Shown here piece after piece: positions 10,830-21,226 of a DNA stretch of 64,000 bases (positions are counted from its first letter, which is position 1; each line of letters begins with the position of its first letter). The notes below the pieces were generated by a model, which saw only the letters and a program-made list of their open reading frames with translations, was not told the origin of the DNA and did no database searches. The stretch is from an uncultured Nitrososphaerota archaeon (GTDB lineage: Archaea; Thermoproteota; Nitrososphaeria; Nitrososphaerales; Gagatemarchaeaceae). A program made the position numbers and the translations under genes. Where the stretch lies: assembly GCA_963718895.1 (NCBI GenBank), contig CAVRAG010000008.1, forward strand, positions 64,001 to 128,000. Direction: 5' to 3'.

Positions 10830-12366
10830 TCAGAGATACTCCCACACCTTCTTCCCCTTGTAGTTGTAGACGATCGACTTCGGCGCAGTCACGTAGTTGA
10901 TCGTGTAGCTGATGCCGGACTCCCCGATCCCCGAGTCCTTTCTCCCGCCGTAGGGGTAGTAGCCTATGCCGTGTCGTGGCTGGTCGTTGATGTAGATCGC
11001 TCCGACCTCCAGGGTGCGGATCAGCCGCCGGATGCGGTTCATGTCCCGCCCGAAGACCGCCGCATCGAGGCCGTACCTCCTGCCGTTCGCCAGCTCGATG
11101 GCCTGTCTCAGGTCTGAGAACGGCGTGATGGTCGCGATGGGGGCGAAGACCTCACCTCTGTAGAGCTCGGTGGTCACGAGGACCTCGCCCGAGACCTCGA
11201 GCAGGGTGGGCTCGACGTAGTTCGTCTCGAAGGCCCGGCCACCGGTCAGGACCAGGGCGCCCTTCGCCTCGGCGTCGCGAGTGGCTTCGCGCATCGTGGC
11301 CGCCGCATCCATGTCCAGGAGTGGGCCCATGGTCGTCTCGGGCTCCCTGGGGTCCCCCACCCTTATCTTGCCCAGCTCTCCGACGACGAGGCGCTTGAGT
11401 TCGTCGTAGACCCTCTGCTCCACGAAGACGTGCTTGATGGCGTCGCACCTCTGTCCCGCGAAGCTGGTCATCCCACCCACGATCTTCTGGGCGCTTGCCG
11501 GAAGGTCTGCATCGTCTAGCACGATTGCAGGGTCGCCGCCGCCAAGCTCGAGCACGTACCTCTTTATCCCCGCGAGCTTCAGGATCTCCCTGCCGCTCTG
11601 GGTGCTCCCCGTCAGCGTTATCCCCGCGACCCTCTCGTCGCTAGCGATCTTTGCAAGCTGCGAACCCCTCATCGTGAGGACGGCCAGTGCCTTCTTCGGG
11701 AACCCCGCAACCTCGAGCACCCTCGCCAGGAGGAGCGACGCGATAGGCGTGGAAGAGGCTGGTTTGATCGATTATCGCGTTGCCCGCTATCGTCGAGTAG
11801 ACGAGCTTGTTCACGGCGTCGAAGAGCGGATAGTTGAAGGGGTTTATGGCGAGCACGACCCCGATGGGCTCCCTCCGCACGAGTCCCTCGGTCTCGATTG
11901 TCTCGCCGCTCCAGTCGCCGGGGATGTAGTCGCCGATCAGCTTCCTGGTGTCGAAGTCAGATTTCCTCAGCCGTTCCACCGCTGCCCGTACCTCGCCCAG
12001 CGCGCCGGCTCCGGTCTTCCCGGCGTTGACAGTCAGGACGGCCGCAAAGTCCTCAGTGTACTCCTCCATCAGGTCGGCGGCCCTGTGGTAGACGTCCAAC
12101 CTCCTAGTTCCCGGCATCTCCCTCAGTGCCGCGCGGCCCTCCTGGAAGACCTGGGCGAAGGCGCCGGAGGCTATCTTCTCACTTAGTACGGGGACCTGCG
12201 CGACGACGGAGAGGTCGATGGGAGACCTGACGTCAGACCAGTCCTCGCCCGAGTACCAGCTCCCTGCGAGGAACGTCTTGAACCTAGGGAGCACGCCGTC
12301 CTCCAGGGTGTCACAAATGGGGTCAAACGCATCCGATTTCAGTTTGATTTCCGGCTGGGTCACCAT
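10830..12366 (-). CDS. gapN: non-phosphorylating glyceraldehyde-3-phosphate dehydrogenase GAPN (frameshift near 11769)
   Basis: ALDH motifs INPFNYP, TGST, LELGGGDP, GQRC; archaeal GAPN-type GDYIPGDWS, RHGIGYYPYGGRKDSG and YNYKGKKVWEY. Confidence 0.85.
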
Positions 12367-12606
12367 GATGCACTCAGTGGTGGCGCGAGCCTTGTTAACC
12401 TATTCGCCCGGCGTGCACGGGCCAGATGGAGTGCGGAGACTGGTACGCGGCGAGCAGCTTTTGACCAGCATCAGATTGCATACAGATTGCGGACCTGAAC
12501 GAGCTTTGGGGCCAATCCGGTCCTTTCGAGAGATATGGAGCCCAAATTCATGTCTCCTAATTTCTGCTTCATATCGCTTAAATTAGAAGCTCGAATCGAA
12601 TACCCG

Positions 12607-13458
12607 ATGAAGAAAACTCTATCGACAGTACTACTCGGCTTCCTCCTCGTCACAACCTCGTTCATCATCTTCGCCCCCGCGGTTCGTGCCAACGTGGCGT
12701 ACACGGTCCAAGTCGGCTATGCCGACGACCTCAGAGCCGCGCCCAACTTCCCCAGTCCATGGTGCGGCTCACCCAACGTTGCGCTCTTCGCCAGTGTTGG
12801 CGATAGTGTCTGCGCAGGTAGCGGGCCGACCTGGGACGACGGTGCCATCCTCATCACCAACACAGGATCGAGTTCGTTCACCATCAACAGCCTAACGGTT
12901 CTTGAACCAAACGACTGGTGCGGCTCCGGTGGTTGTACCATCTGGGGCGGCTACCTCCCGTTCATTCTAGCACCGGGCAAGCAGGCAATATTCGCCCAAA
13001 CGAGCGGACAGAACTTCGACACCAGCGACTTCGGACTTCCTGGGATCGGACCTTCACTGACTGACAACTGCAATGCAGGCGCAGAGCAGGGCTCAGCAAC
13101 TTGTGTCAACAACATTCCCACCGTCGAATTCACGGTAAACGGCGTCCAGTCCAACTTCAAGGACGTCGGATTCACTCTGGACACCGGCGGATTCGACGCG
13201 GTCAACTCCAACCCATGTCCTGACAACGGCAACCCCAACAGCAGCAACGACCAACCAGGCGCATGCAACGAATCTCTCCAGTGGAGAGATATCTCCTCAA
13301 CCTGCGGTATCACATGCCCCGGCGGAAACCCAACACCCACAGTGCCTGAATTCGGATTCCCAATCGTCCTCGTCGCGGCCTTAGGCCTCCTAGCCCTGGT
13401 CCTCGTCAGGAAAGCCGTACTGCCACGCAGAATCGTTCCAGCAAGAACGTTAACGTAA
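12607..13458 (+). CDS. Cys-rich secreted surface protein with PEFG-CTERM sorting signal
   Basis: Signal peptide, ~10 Cys, C-terminal VPEFG + TM + RK/RR. Confidence 0.75.
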   Translation: MKKTLSTVLLGFLLVTTSFIIFAPAVRANVAYTVQVGYADDLRAAPNFPSPWCGSPNVALFASVGDSVCAGSGPTWDDGAILITNTGSSSFTINSLTVLEPNDWCGSGGCTIWGGYLPFILAPGKQAIFAQTSGQNFDTSDFGLPGIGPSLTDNCNAGAEQGSATCVNNIPTVEFTVNGVQSNFKDVGFTLDTGGFDAVNSNPCPDNGNPNSSNDQPGACNESLQWRDISSTCGITCPGGNPTPTVPEFGFPIVLVAALGLLALVLVRKAVLPRRIVPARTLT

Positions 13459-13594
13459 GCAATCTGAAGAACCTAGTTGGTCAACCGACCACTAGGCCCC
13501 TCCTGTTTTCGGGAGGCGCGACCGGTCTTTCACGGGTACTGGATTCGAGCCCAGGAACCAAACCGATATCTACCGGCGCGCACAACAATCGCCG

Positions 13595-13729
13595 ATGCCG
13601 ATCTGTCCCAAGTGCAAGAAGCTGATAAGCGCGAACAACTATTCACGACACCTCAGGAGGTGCGGCACCCAGCACAAGCACGGGCCGGCCACCCTCGACC
13701 ACCCCGAGAACTTCTACATGAAGATCTGA
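13595..13729 (+). CDS. small C2HC zinc-finger protein (44 aa, below the ORF-track cutoff)
   Basis: Hand translation MPICPKCKKLISANNYSRHLRRCGTQHKHGPATLDHPENFYMKI; host-like codon usage. Confidence 0.65.
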   Translation: MPICPKCKKLISANNYSRHLRRCGTQHKHGPATLDHPENFYMKI

Positions 13730-13846
13730 GACGGCCGAGGGACGAGATGGGGCCTCTTCGGAGGTTCCAGGCCCCCGGTTCGACGCCGGGCCTTTCCCCG
13801 GGTGTGGCGAGAGAGTTATTAGCCACCAAAAACGCGGCCTCCGAAC

Positions 13847-14170
13847 ATGTCTTCATCCAAGCCCTTTCGCAAGGAAGAAATCGCAGGCAAGATCGTGATC
13901 GACTCGACCGGTAGGAACACCGGCAAGGTCAGCGACGTCACCTTCACACTCGATGGCAAGATAACCCTGATTGTCGAGAAGAACGACGGCGGCGAGCTCC
14001 AGATACCCATGACGAGGGTCATGGGCGTCTCCGACAACGTCATCGTCAGGGACGAATCCACCCCAAGGATGGGCCCCGTCACCCCGGGGATGGTCGCCTG
14101 CAGGTCCTGCGGACGCGAAGCGCCCATCGGGACTCTCTGGTGCCCGTCGTGCGGTAAGTCACTCGCCTAG
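13847..14170 (+). CDS. PRC-barrel protein with C-terminal zinc ribbon
   Basis: GKIVIDSTGRNTGKVSDV...IPMTRVMGVSDNVIV; CRSC...CPSCG. Confidence 0.8.
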   Translation: MSSSKPFRKEEIAGKIVIDSTGRNTGKVSDVTFTLDGKITLIVEKNDGGELQIPMTRVMGVSDNVIVRDESTPRMGPVTPGMVACRSCGREAPIGTLWCPSCGKSLA

Positions 14171-14290
14171 GCCTCCGGTCTCGGCCTCCCTTATCCGGGG
14201 AGGCCTCACCCTACCACCGAAACTGGACTTTCCGACTAGGCAAGACTATGCAGAAGCTTTATCATGCGGCACTCTGGCGCGAATTCTGTT

Positions 14291-15166
14291 ATGACGCTCT
14301 CAGCTAGCATAGGGAACTACTGGGAGCTGATCAAGCCCAAGATCGTGCTTCTCCTGGTCTTCACCGGGGTCGCCGGGATGCTCGTCGCCTACAAGGAGGC
14401 GGGAGTCCCCATCTCGGGCGTCCAGCTCATAGTCGGGTTCGCGGCGATATTCCTCGGCTCCGCGGGCGCCGAGGTGCTGACGAACTACCACGACAGGGAC
14501 ATCGACGGCATCATGAAGCGGACGAACCACCGACCGATACCAAGCGGCAGGATCACGGAGAGGAGGGCCCTCATCTTTGGGTTCGCGACATCCATACTCT
14601 CGGTCGTGCTCGCCTACTGGTTCAACGCGCTGGCAGCCGCCTTCATGGTCATCGGCCTCGTCGACAACGTGGTGGTCTACTCGCTCTGGCTGAAGCGCAG
14701 GTCCTGGCTCAACATAATCCTCGGAGGGATCTCGGGCGGTATGCCCGTGCTCGTGGGCTACGCCGCCATCGCAGGAACGGTCTCCGCCCTGGCGATATTC
14801 ATGAGCGCGCTGGTCATAGTATGGATCCCGACCCACATCTGGTCCCTCGCCATAAGGACCAGGCAGGACTACGTCAACGCAAAGATCCCGATGCTCCCGG
14901 TGGTGGTGAGCATGAGGGTCGCGACGGTCTGCATCGCGATCACGAGCAGCCTGCTGGCGGTCTTCTCGCTCTCGATCTTCTTCGTCGCGACGGTCAGCCT
15001 CTTCTACGTCGTCTCGGCCGTCGCATGCGGTGCGGCGATCCTCGGATACAGCGTCAAGCTGGTCATCGACAGGACCGAGAAGACGGCCTGGACGCTCTTC
15101 AAGATCTCGAGCCCCTACCTCGCCATCATCTTCACGGTGCTCGTGATGAACTTCTGGGTATTCTAG
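14291..15166 (+). CDS. cyoE: protoheme IX farnesyltransferase (heme o synthase)
   Basis: ELIKPKIV, DRDIDGIMKRTNHRPIPSG, YSLWLKRR, WIPTHIWSLA, DY...IPMLP. Confidence 0.92.
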   Translation: MTLSASIGNYWELIKPKIVLLLVFTGVAGMLVAYKEAGVPISGVQLIVGFAAIFLGSAGAEVLTNYHDRDIDGIMKRTNHRPIPSGRITERRALIFGFATSILSVVLAYWFNALAAAFMVIGLVDNVVVYSLWLKRRSWLNIILGGISGGMPVLVGYAAIAGTVSALAIFMSALVIVWIPTHIWSLAIRTRQDYVNAKIPMLPVVVSMRVATVCIAITSSLLAVFSLSIFFVATVSLFYVVSAVACGAAILGYSVKLVIDRTEKTAWTLFKISSPYLAIIFTVLVMNFWVF

Positions 15167-15174
15167 GCGCCGTC

Positions 15175-16767
15175 TCAGATCTGCTTGTGGACCATGGCCA
15201 CTTCCCTCACGTAGAAGTACTCGTCCACGCGGACAAGCAGCGTCGTGACGTCGTAGGCTCTGCGGATCGCCGCCCTCGCGGTCGAGGCCAGCTCCCTGAC
15301 CCCCAGCTTGTCCATGTCGACGCAGCCGCCCTGCGCTATGCCCATGGTGTGCATCCCCTTCGCGTGGTAGCTCCGGAGCTCGGGGAGCGTCTTCGACCAG
15401 CTGAGTCCGTAGTTCCTGATCAGACTGCCCGCGATCGTCTCGAGGACGCCCGCGTAGGCCTCGATGGCCACCTGTTCCTTGCCCGGAAAGCCCACCGCGT
15501 ACTCCTTGAGGTGTGCGGCTATCTGCATGTAGATTGCCGCGCCGCCCGGCACCGTCCTGGGGTCCTTCTTGGCGTTCCTGAAGAGGCGGACGACGTTCTT
15601 GACCACCCGCTCGGTCTCGTCGACGTGCTCGAGCGAGCTCCCACGGATCAGTATCGTCGACCCCTTGGGCGCCTCGATGATGACGTACTCGAGCCCCTCT
15701 ATCTTCTCCACCTTGAGCGCGTCAACCTGGCCGAGGTCCTTGGCCTCGATGTTCTTCACGTCGCCGACGGTCGTGGCTCCCGTCGCCTCGGCGACCGCGT
15801 CCATGTCCTCCTGGCCGATGAGCTCGAAGGCCGTGATTCCCCGCCTGGCCATCTCGTCGGCCACGGGCTGAACGATCTTCGCCCTGCAGAAGACCACCTT
15901 GGCGCCCGCCCTGTCGACCGCGTCGACCAGCGCGTCGTTCATGCGGCGCTCCTCCTTCTTGAACTTCCCGACCTGCTGCGCCTCTGTGATGTCGAGCTTG
16001 ATGTGGAAGGCCCCCTGTCCTTTCATCAGTATCTCGAGAGGCTTGTTGTCGAAGGTCTTGTTGACCACGGCGACCTTGACGTTGTGAAGCTCCTCCGGCA
16101 TGCTGGGATGGAGCCTCTCCTTCTTGACCATCACGCCCTTTATGAGACGGCTGTCGGCCACCGAGCCACCGCTCTTGGTGACAACGCGGATGCGCTTCAG
16201 GTCGATCCCGCCCTGCGACTCGGCCCTCGCGGCGGCCTCCAGGAGCGAGGCGCGGAGACCGGGCGTGAGCAGCTTCCTGCCGCACTCGGCTACGTCGAGG
16301 ATCTGGTTCCTGGAGTCACCCTTCTCGGCCGCGGCCTTCTCTATCACGACGAGCGCTTCCTTCGTGGCGGCCAGGTAGCCCCTCAGTATGACGTTGGGGT
16401 GGACCTTCTTGTCCATGAGCCTCTCGGACTCCCTGAGCAATCCGGCGATGATTATGACCATCGTCGAGACCCCGTCGCCCACCTCCTCCCGGTGCAGCTT
16501 AGCCGCCTCCGAGAGGGTCTTGACTGCGGGGTACTGGACCTCGAGCTCCTTCAGCATCTCCACCGAGTCCTTCGTGACCTTGATGATCCGCTCAGGACCC
16601 CTGTTGAAGGTCACCATCTTGTATGCGCCCCGGGGTCCGAGCGCGCTCTCGACCTTCTGGGCCGACATCGCGGCGAGGTTGAGGTTCTGCCTCCACGCGC
16701 GCTTCCCCCTCAGCCGCCCGAAGTTGGGAGAGATGACGTCTTTGTTCGACGTTGTGTCCTTCTCCCC
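15175..16767 (-). CDS. divergent group II chaperonin (thermosome) paralogue; true start uncertain
   Basis: LGPRGAYKM, EVGDGVST, VHPNVILRGY, STILIRG, VPGGAA, LLVRVDE; the frame is open upstream of the ATG at 16668 to ~16767. Confidence 0.85.
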   Translation of the reverse strand, partial: GEKDTTSNKDVISPNFGRLRGKRAWRQNLNLAAMSAQKVESALGPRGAYKMVTFNRGPERIIKVTKDSVEMLKELEVQYPAVKTLSEAAKLHREEVGDGVSTMVIIIAGLLRESERLMDKKVHPNVILRGYLAATKEALVVIEKAAAEKGDSRNQILDVAECGRKLLTPGLRASLLEAAARAESQGGIDLKRIRVVTKSGGSVADSRLIKGVMVKKERLHPSMPEELHNVKVAVVNKTFDNKPLEILMKGQGAFHIKLDITEAQQVGKFKKEERRMNDALVDAVDRAGAKVVFCRAKIVQPVADEMARRGITAFELIGQEDMDAVAEATGATTVGDVKNIEAKDLGQVDALKVEKIEGLEYVIIEAPKGSTILIRGSSLEHVDETERVVKNVVRLFRNAKKDPRTVPGGAAIYMQIAAHLKEYAVGFPGKEQVAIEAYAGVLETIAGSLIRNYGLSWSKTLPELRSYHAKGMHTMGIAQGGCVDMDKLGVRELASTARAAIRRAYDVTTLLVRVDEYFYVREVAMVHKQI

Positions 16768-16774
16768 CTAACGC

Positions 16775-17375
16775 TCAGTGACGGTGCTGAGAGCGAATGA
16801 CGGCGTCGGATATCAGCTCGACGCGGTCAAGCCAGCCGAGGCCCAGGTCCAGTTCGCTCATGAGCCGCAGGGGCACGAGGGGGACCTTTGTGCCGATCGA
16901 CATAGACCTCGTCGGGAGTGAAGTCGAGCGGGTCTCCCCACTCCCACTCGGCGACCTTGATCTGCTCATCGCCGAGGATTTTGACCTTGACGTCGTTCAG
17001 CGTCAGCTCCGCGTAGTTGCTCTTGATGTAAACCGGGAGCATCTTTCCCTCGACGTCCGCCTCCCTCTGGAGCTTCTGCTCGACCACGGCCGGCGAGAGG
17101 GTCTGGTACCCCGCCATGATCGTGCAGATCTCCTTGGTGCCTTCCCTGGTCGTGAGAATCTCGATGAAGTCTGCCTGGACGTTCACCCCGTGCATGATCT
17201 CGCCAGCGTCGCCGCCTATCGCCCACTTGGCGTGGACGTCTTTCAGGCTCTCGCCGATCTTGATGACCGCCTTGAGGACCGGCTGACTGAGCATGACGAT
17301 CTCCTCAGGCTTGGGAACCTTGCTCCCCAGCATCGGGATGTCTGGCAGGGGCCTCCCACCGGGGATGTTGAGCAA
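16775..17375 (-). CDS. nucleotidyltransferase-fold protein, degenerate motif (frameshift near 16897)
   Basis: WAIGG..G..HGVNV resembles the Pol-beta NTase N-terminus; the corrected C-terminus VIGTKVPLVPLRL...QHRH ends at 16775. Confidence 0.55.
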
Positions 17376-17477
17376 CCACAGACCTCCACCGGACGCCTAA
17401 AACACGTGCGATATTACCTCTTCTGTCGACGCCAAATCGAGCATTCGCCTATATGCCCGCTTCTCCGAAGGACGGCC

Positions 17478-17699
17478 ATGATCTGCCCTAGTTGCAAGGA
17501 GTATGTCTTTGTCAATAATCCGCTGGAGTGTCCGAAATGTCACTTTGGAGTTCGCCTGTGTAAGCCCTGTTTCGGCACGGGCGAGGTCGAGTTCTGGGCC
17601 TCAGGGTTAACCTATCACGGGAAACGCGAGATGAGAAAGTGCGATGCCTGTTCAGGTCTGGGCCTGGTAGAAGCAGCCGAAACAAAGAAGCCGGCGTAA
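17478..17699 (+). CDS. small stand-alone zinc-finger protein with DnaJ-type CxxCxGxG repeats (73 aa)
   Basis: MICPSC...CPKC...CKPCFGTG...CDACSGLG. Confidence 0.65.
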   Translation: MICPSCKEYVFVNNPLECPKCHFGVRLCKPCFGTGEVEFWASGLTYHGKREMRKCDACSGLGLVEAAETKKPA

Positions 17700-17753
17700 G
17701 AAAACACCTGGGATGGCCCGTCCCCGAAGGACGGACCATGGTCAGTTTGCTGC

Positions 17754-19557
17754 CTAGATGCCGCCTGTCCCCGCGGACAGAGGCCCTGGGTTCTTCAGGT
17801 ACTGGATGATCCCATCGGCCACGACAAGCGCCGAGGCGCCTGCCGGGTGCGTCCCTCCGGTAGTCGTATTGCTTCCGACGGGAAGGGTCGATCTCGCCCG
17901 CCGCGAAGAGGTTCTGTGCGGTCCAGTGCTGTCCCCATTTGTTGAACACGGAGACTGTGGGGTCGACGCCGATTCTGGCGCCGCCCCGCGTGTGTGCCGA
18001 CCAGTTCGTAATGTGACCGGTCAGAGGGGTGGCCGCCGCACCAATAGTGACGTTTGTTGCACCCATCTTGGTCAAGATGGCCGCATACTGAGGTGCCTGT
18101 GCGTTGGAACAGTTCGTCCCGTTCGCCACTATGTCCATGGTTTGTCTGGCCAATGGATCTCCGTAGGCGTCGTTGTAGTGGGGGTCGAGGTCCACGAAAT
18201 TGTCTGTCGTAGCCGGGAAGGTCCCAGAGCCGGCGAAGCTGAGATTCTGCTTCGTGACAAGGAACTTGTTCGCGAGGCTCGCCTTGTAGTTGCTGCCGAT
18301 GTTGTTAGCGCTCGCGGACCCTGCAATTCCGAGGTTGCCTGGGCCTGAGCCCATGTACGAGCCTACCATGAGCCTGCTGCCGCCTATGAAGTTCATGCCC
18401 GTATGGTCGAAATTGTCGTCAGCAAGGTCCAGTATCTGTGTCCCACCTCCCTGGCCGTTGCCAGCCGAATATGCGTTTCCTCCGATCGCAAGTGTACCTG
18501 TCGCTGACCTCGATGGCCCACCGGCAGGCTGCGCAATTCCCCTGCCCAGTGTCCCGGTTATGGTCGTGGGGTTGTAGTTCGTGCCTATCCCGGACAACAT
18601 CATGAGTCGCACGATGTTGAACCCCCAGAGGCAGTTCGCGAATATCTTCGCGGGCTGGACGTGGATGTTGCCCATGAAATCGTAGTATCGGACGGCCGTA
18701 ATCTGTCCGTTGCTGTTCGAGTCGAGCCTGAAGATGTAGTTGTTTACCCTGAGATCCAGATTGCCGCTCTTCAGCGCGGCAGGGATTGTTCTGTAGGCGG
18801 AGTTCGCCTTGGCTCCTGTCTCGCATACGTAGTTACAGCCCTCGCCACACCAACCGTCGTAGACGCACGCGTTCACCTGCACTCCATATTGGTTCATGTA
18901 CGGTTGAGTTGCAAGCGAGACCGGCACGGGGTGGGGACTGTAGCCCAGGGCTTCGCAGGCGTTCGCATAGGCCGTTCCGGTCGGCGTGGCTGGGCACGGA
19001 GGCATGGGAAAGTTGGAGTTCGGCTGGAACGGCGATTGGTTGGTGCCGCAGACCCCCCAGGCCTGCTCCCAGTCCGCGTAGTAGGGGACGAGGTCGTTAT
19101 ACTCGTACGGATAGTCGAAGACGTCATGGTTGGGGACGGCCGCGTCCAGGTACGCCTTGCCGTATCTGCTGACCGTCGACGAGTACATCGAATATACCCA
19201 GTTGCTGTATCGGCCCATCTGGCCTCCGTAGTGCTGAGTGGCACCACCAACCCCATGACCCGCCGTATGGACCTGGCCCGATGTGTTGCGACGGACGGGA
19301 AGTGCCATCTGGGTGGTGTTGTTCCTCATGGTGAAGGTCGAGAGCGAAAGGGGATGGTCGAACTTCCTGTTCCAGGCAATTCCCCACTCGTCATATTTGA
19401 TTGGCGCGAAGTCGGTCTGGTAGTTCCAGTACGGGCCCTTTTCCAACCCTACCACCTTGTAGCCCGCGAGGGCTAGCTTGACAGTTACGTCTCCTCCCAT
19501 TGCTCCCTGGCCAAGTACGACCGCGTCCACCGGCTGATGCTGAATTACTTGAGACAT
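17754..19557 (-). CDS. GMC flavoprotein, gluconate 2-dehydrogenase alpha-subunit-like, copy 1 (frameshift near 17889)
   Basis: VVLGQGAMGG, LEKGP, GHGVGGATQHYGG, Cys cluster CVYDGWCGEGCNYVC, DLDPHYNDAYGDP, HTRGGARIG; the corrected C-terminus matches copy 2. Confidence 0.85.
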
Positions 19558-19559
19558 CT

Positions 19560-20786
19560 CTAGTCGCCTCCCGCCCCAGCGGTGTACCCAAACGCCGCTT
19601 GGAACTGTGCGAGGCTCACAGGCTTCAGCTTGGTAGGTGTCGTCGCTACCATGAGCGCCTGCGGCGTTAGCCCCTCGTTGTAGAAGTTGCCTGTGTTGAC
19701 TCCGTTGAATCCCACGTATTCCCAACCTACCATGCCTCTGTTGCCTCCGTGCATGGGGTCCATCAGGAAGCCGCAGTAGGTCATGAAGAAGAGCTCAGAG
19801 AAGAAATCCGCAGGATTGATGTTGTTGAACGACGACGCGCCGGGTTTTCCCCCCGCAAGGTCGGTGAGCACCTGAGCCCTCACGGTTGGACTGAGTGTCT
19901 CGAATGCTCCGCCATAGGCGCTGCTTGAGTAGCTCTCCAGACCAAGCACTCCGAAGCGCCAGAACGCGCGAAAGTTGAAGGAGTACTGGTATCCGTAGCC
20001 CGCCGAGATCGACCCTGCCACCGTGCCTCCTTGGTACGTCACGCCATCGACGGTGATTGGTCCTTTCGTTCCTGGTGGTACGAATGGGCCTTGGGCGTAC
20101 ATGTTGCCAGCTTTGCCGTACTCTCCGGCAAGTTGCCTGTCGATGAAGAAGAGAGCTCCTGCCTCCTTCCCACCAGGGCCGTTGCTGTCTGACGGAATGA
20201 TTGTCTCGATCGCCGCTTCTATTGCCGCGGCCTCCTGGGACCCGAGCGTCTGCAACCCGTCGGCCACACTCATGAGGCTCTGCGTCTCATTCTGAAGTGC
20301 ACTGACCTGTGAGTTCGCGCTCGTCACAGCCGAGTTAAGCGAGGTGACCTGGCCGTTCAGGCTGGTAATCTGTCCGTTGGCGCTCGTGAGCGCCTGTTGG
20401 GTCGCCGTGAGCTGCGAGCTTGCAGTGTTAAGCTGCGCGCTCACCCCGCTCAACTGAGAGTTCGCGCTCGAGAGCTGGGCCTGGGTCGAGGTCAGCTGGT
20501 TGTTCAGCGAGGAGACCTGGCCCTGGGCCGAGCTGAGCTGAGATGCGGTCGAGTTGAGCTGGTTCTGCGTTGAAGAGAGCTGATTTTGGGTAGAGCTGAG
20601 CTCGTTCTGGAGGGAGGCCAATGTGCTGCTCGAGTTGCTATTATTCGTACCTATCAGGCTGTTGTAATATGCGACACTTGCAACGCCTGCCACTGCGGCA
20701 CCTGCAACTACGCCGGCGCCGATCTTTAGAAACGATCTGCGGTCAGCTGGTTTTTGCTGCCCGCTGGACTGGCTGCTATCGGCCAT
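19560..20786 (-). CDS. gluconate 2-dehydrogenase subunit 3 (gamma)-like protein with Tat signal and long coiled coil, copy 1
   Basis: DRRSFLK + TM; heptad S/Q/N-rich region; ETIIPSD..PGGKEAG..FIDRQL, GFLMDPMHGGNRGMVGWEYVGF. Confidence 0.85.
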   Translation of the reverse strand: MADSSQSSGQQKPADRRSFLKIGAGVVAGAAVAGVASVAYYNSLIGTNNSNSSSTLASLQNELSSTQNQLSSTQNQLNSTASQLSSAQGQVSSLNNQLTSTQAQLSSANSQLSGVSAQLNTASSQLTATQQALTSANGQITSLNGQVTSLNSAVTSANSQVSALQNETQSLMSVADGLQTLGSQEAAAIEAAIETIIPSDSNGPGGKEAGALFFIDRQLAGEYGKAGNMYAQGPFVPPGTKGPITVDGVTYQGGTVAGSISAGYGYQYSFNFRAFWRFGVLGLESYSSSAYGGAFETLSPTVRAQVLTDLAGGKPGASSFNNINPADFFSELFFMTYCGFLMDPMHGGNRGMVGWEYVGFNGVNTGNFYNEGLTPQALMVATTPTKLKPVSLAQFQAAFGYTAGAGGD

Positions 20787-20799
20787 CCCTAATACGTAT

Positions 20800-20817
20800 G
20801 TTATATTCCTATATAAC
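20800..20817 (-). promoter_or_regulatory. palindromic operator overlapping the TATA box of operon copy 1
   Basis: GTTATAT-tcct-ATATAAC, a perfect 7-bp inverted repeat 14 nt from the ATG; identical to 24203-24220. Confidence 0.65.
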
Positions 20818-21226
20818 GTTACTCTGGTCTACGGTCCTGAGATTTGCATCCTCTGGTCGCGAGGACCTAGGCCGGTCTGCGCTTACGCAAAAGGCCGTCC
20901 CGGCCGAATCACTGACGACAGAAGGTCGGCGAAAATCGGCGCATCGGACCCGGGCGCGTTTCACGCACCAATCTGAGTGACTCTCGTGGGAACCATTGGT
21001 AGGATTCTGGGGGAGTCGGGCCTTGTGCGGGCAACCTATGGCTGACAGCACGTGCGCGCGCCACTACGCTATAAGACGCCGTTAACTAGGTCCCAGAAAG
21101 GTCGCCCCTCTCGGCCCTCATTCTCTTTCCCCACACGAACCCGCCTTGCTGATGACTCGCCTTACCCAAAGAGGGAAAAGATTCCCTGGAGCAACGGGCG
21201 AGGCTCTCCGCACACTACTCACGCGC

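Noticed and set aside
13771-13800. tRNA gene suggested by a GGTTCGA T-arm
   Set aside because: No acceptor stem, D-arm or anticodon arm; kept only as a structured RNA candidate.
14821-16800. Long antisense and alternate-frame ORFs (e.g. 659 aa here; also 25892-27169, 31461-32711, 43225-44643)
   Set aside because: Shadow ORFs of high-GC3 genes, with R/G/P-rich composition and no motifs.
17512-19725. 737-aa GMC ORF as listed in the ORF track
   Set aside because: The N-terminal extension overlaps the small-subunit gene and the C-terminus is post-frameshift. Comparison with copy 2 gives 17754-19557.
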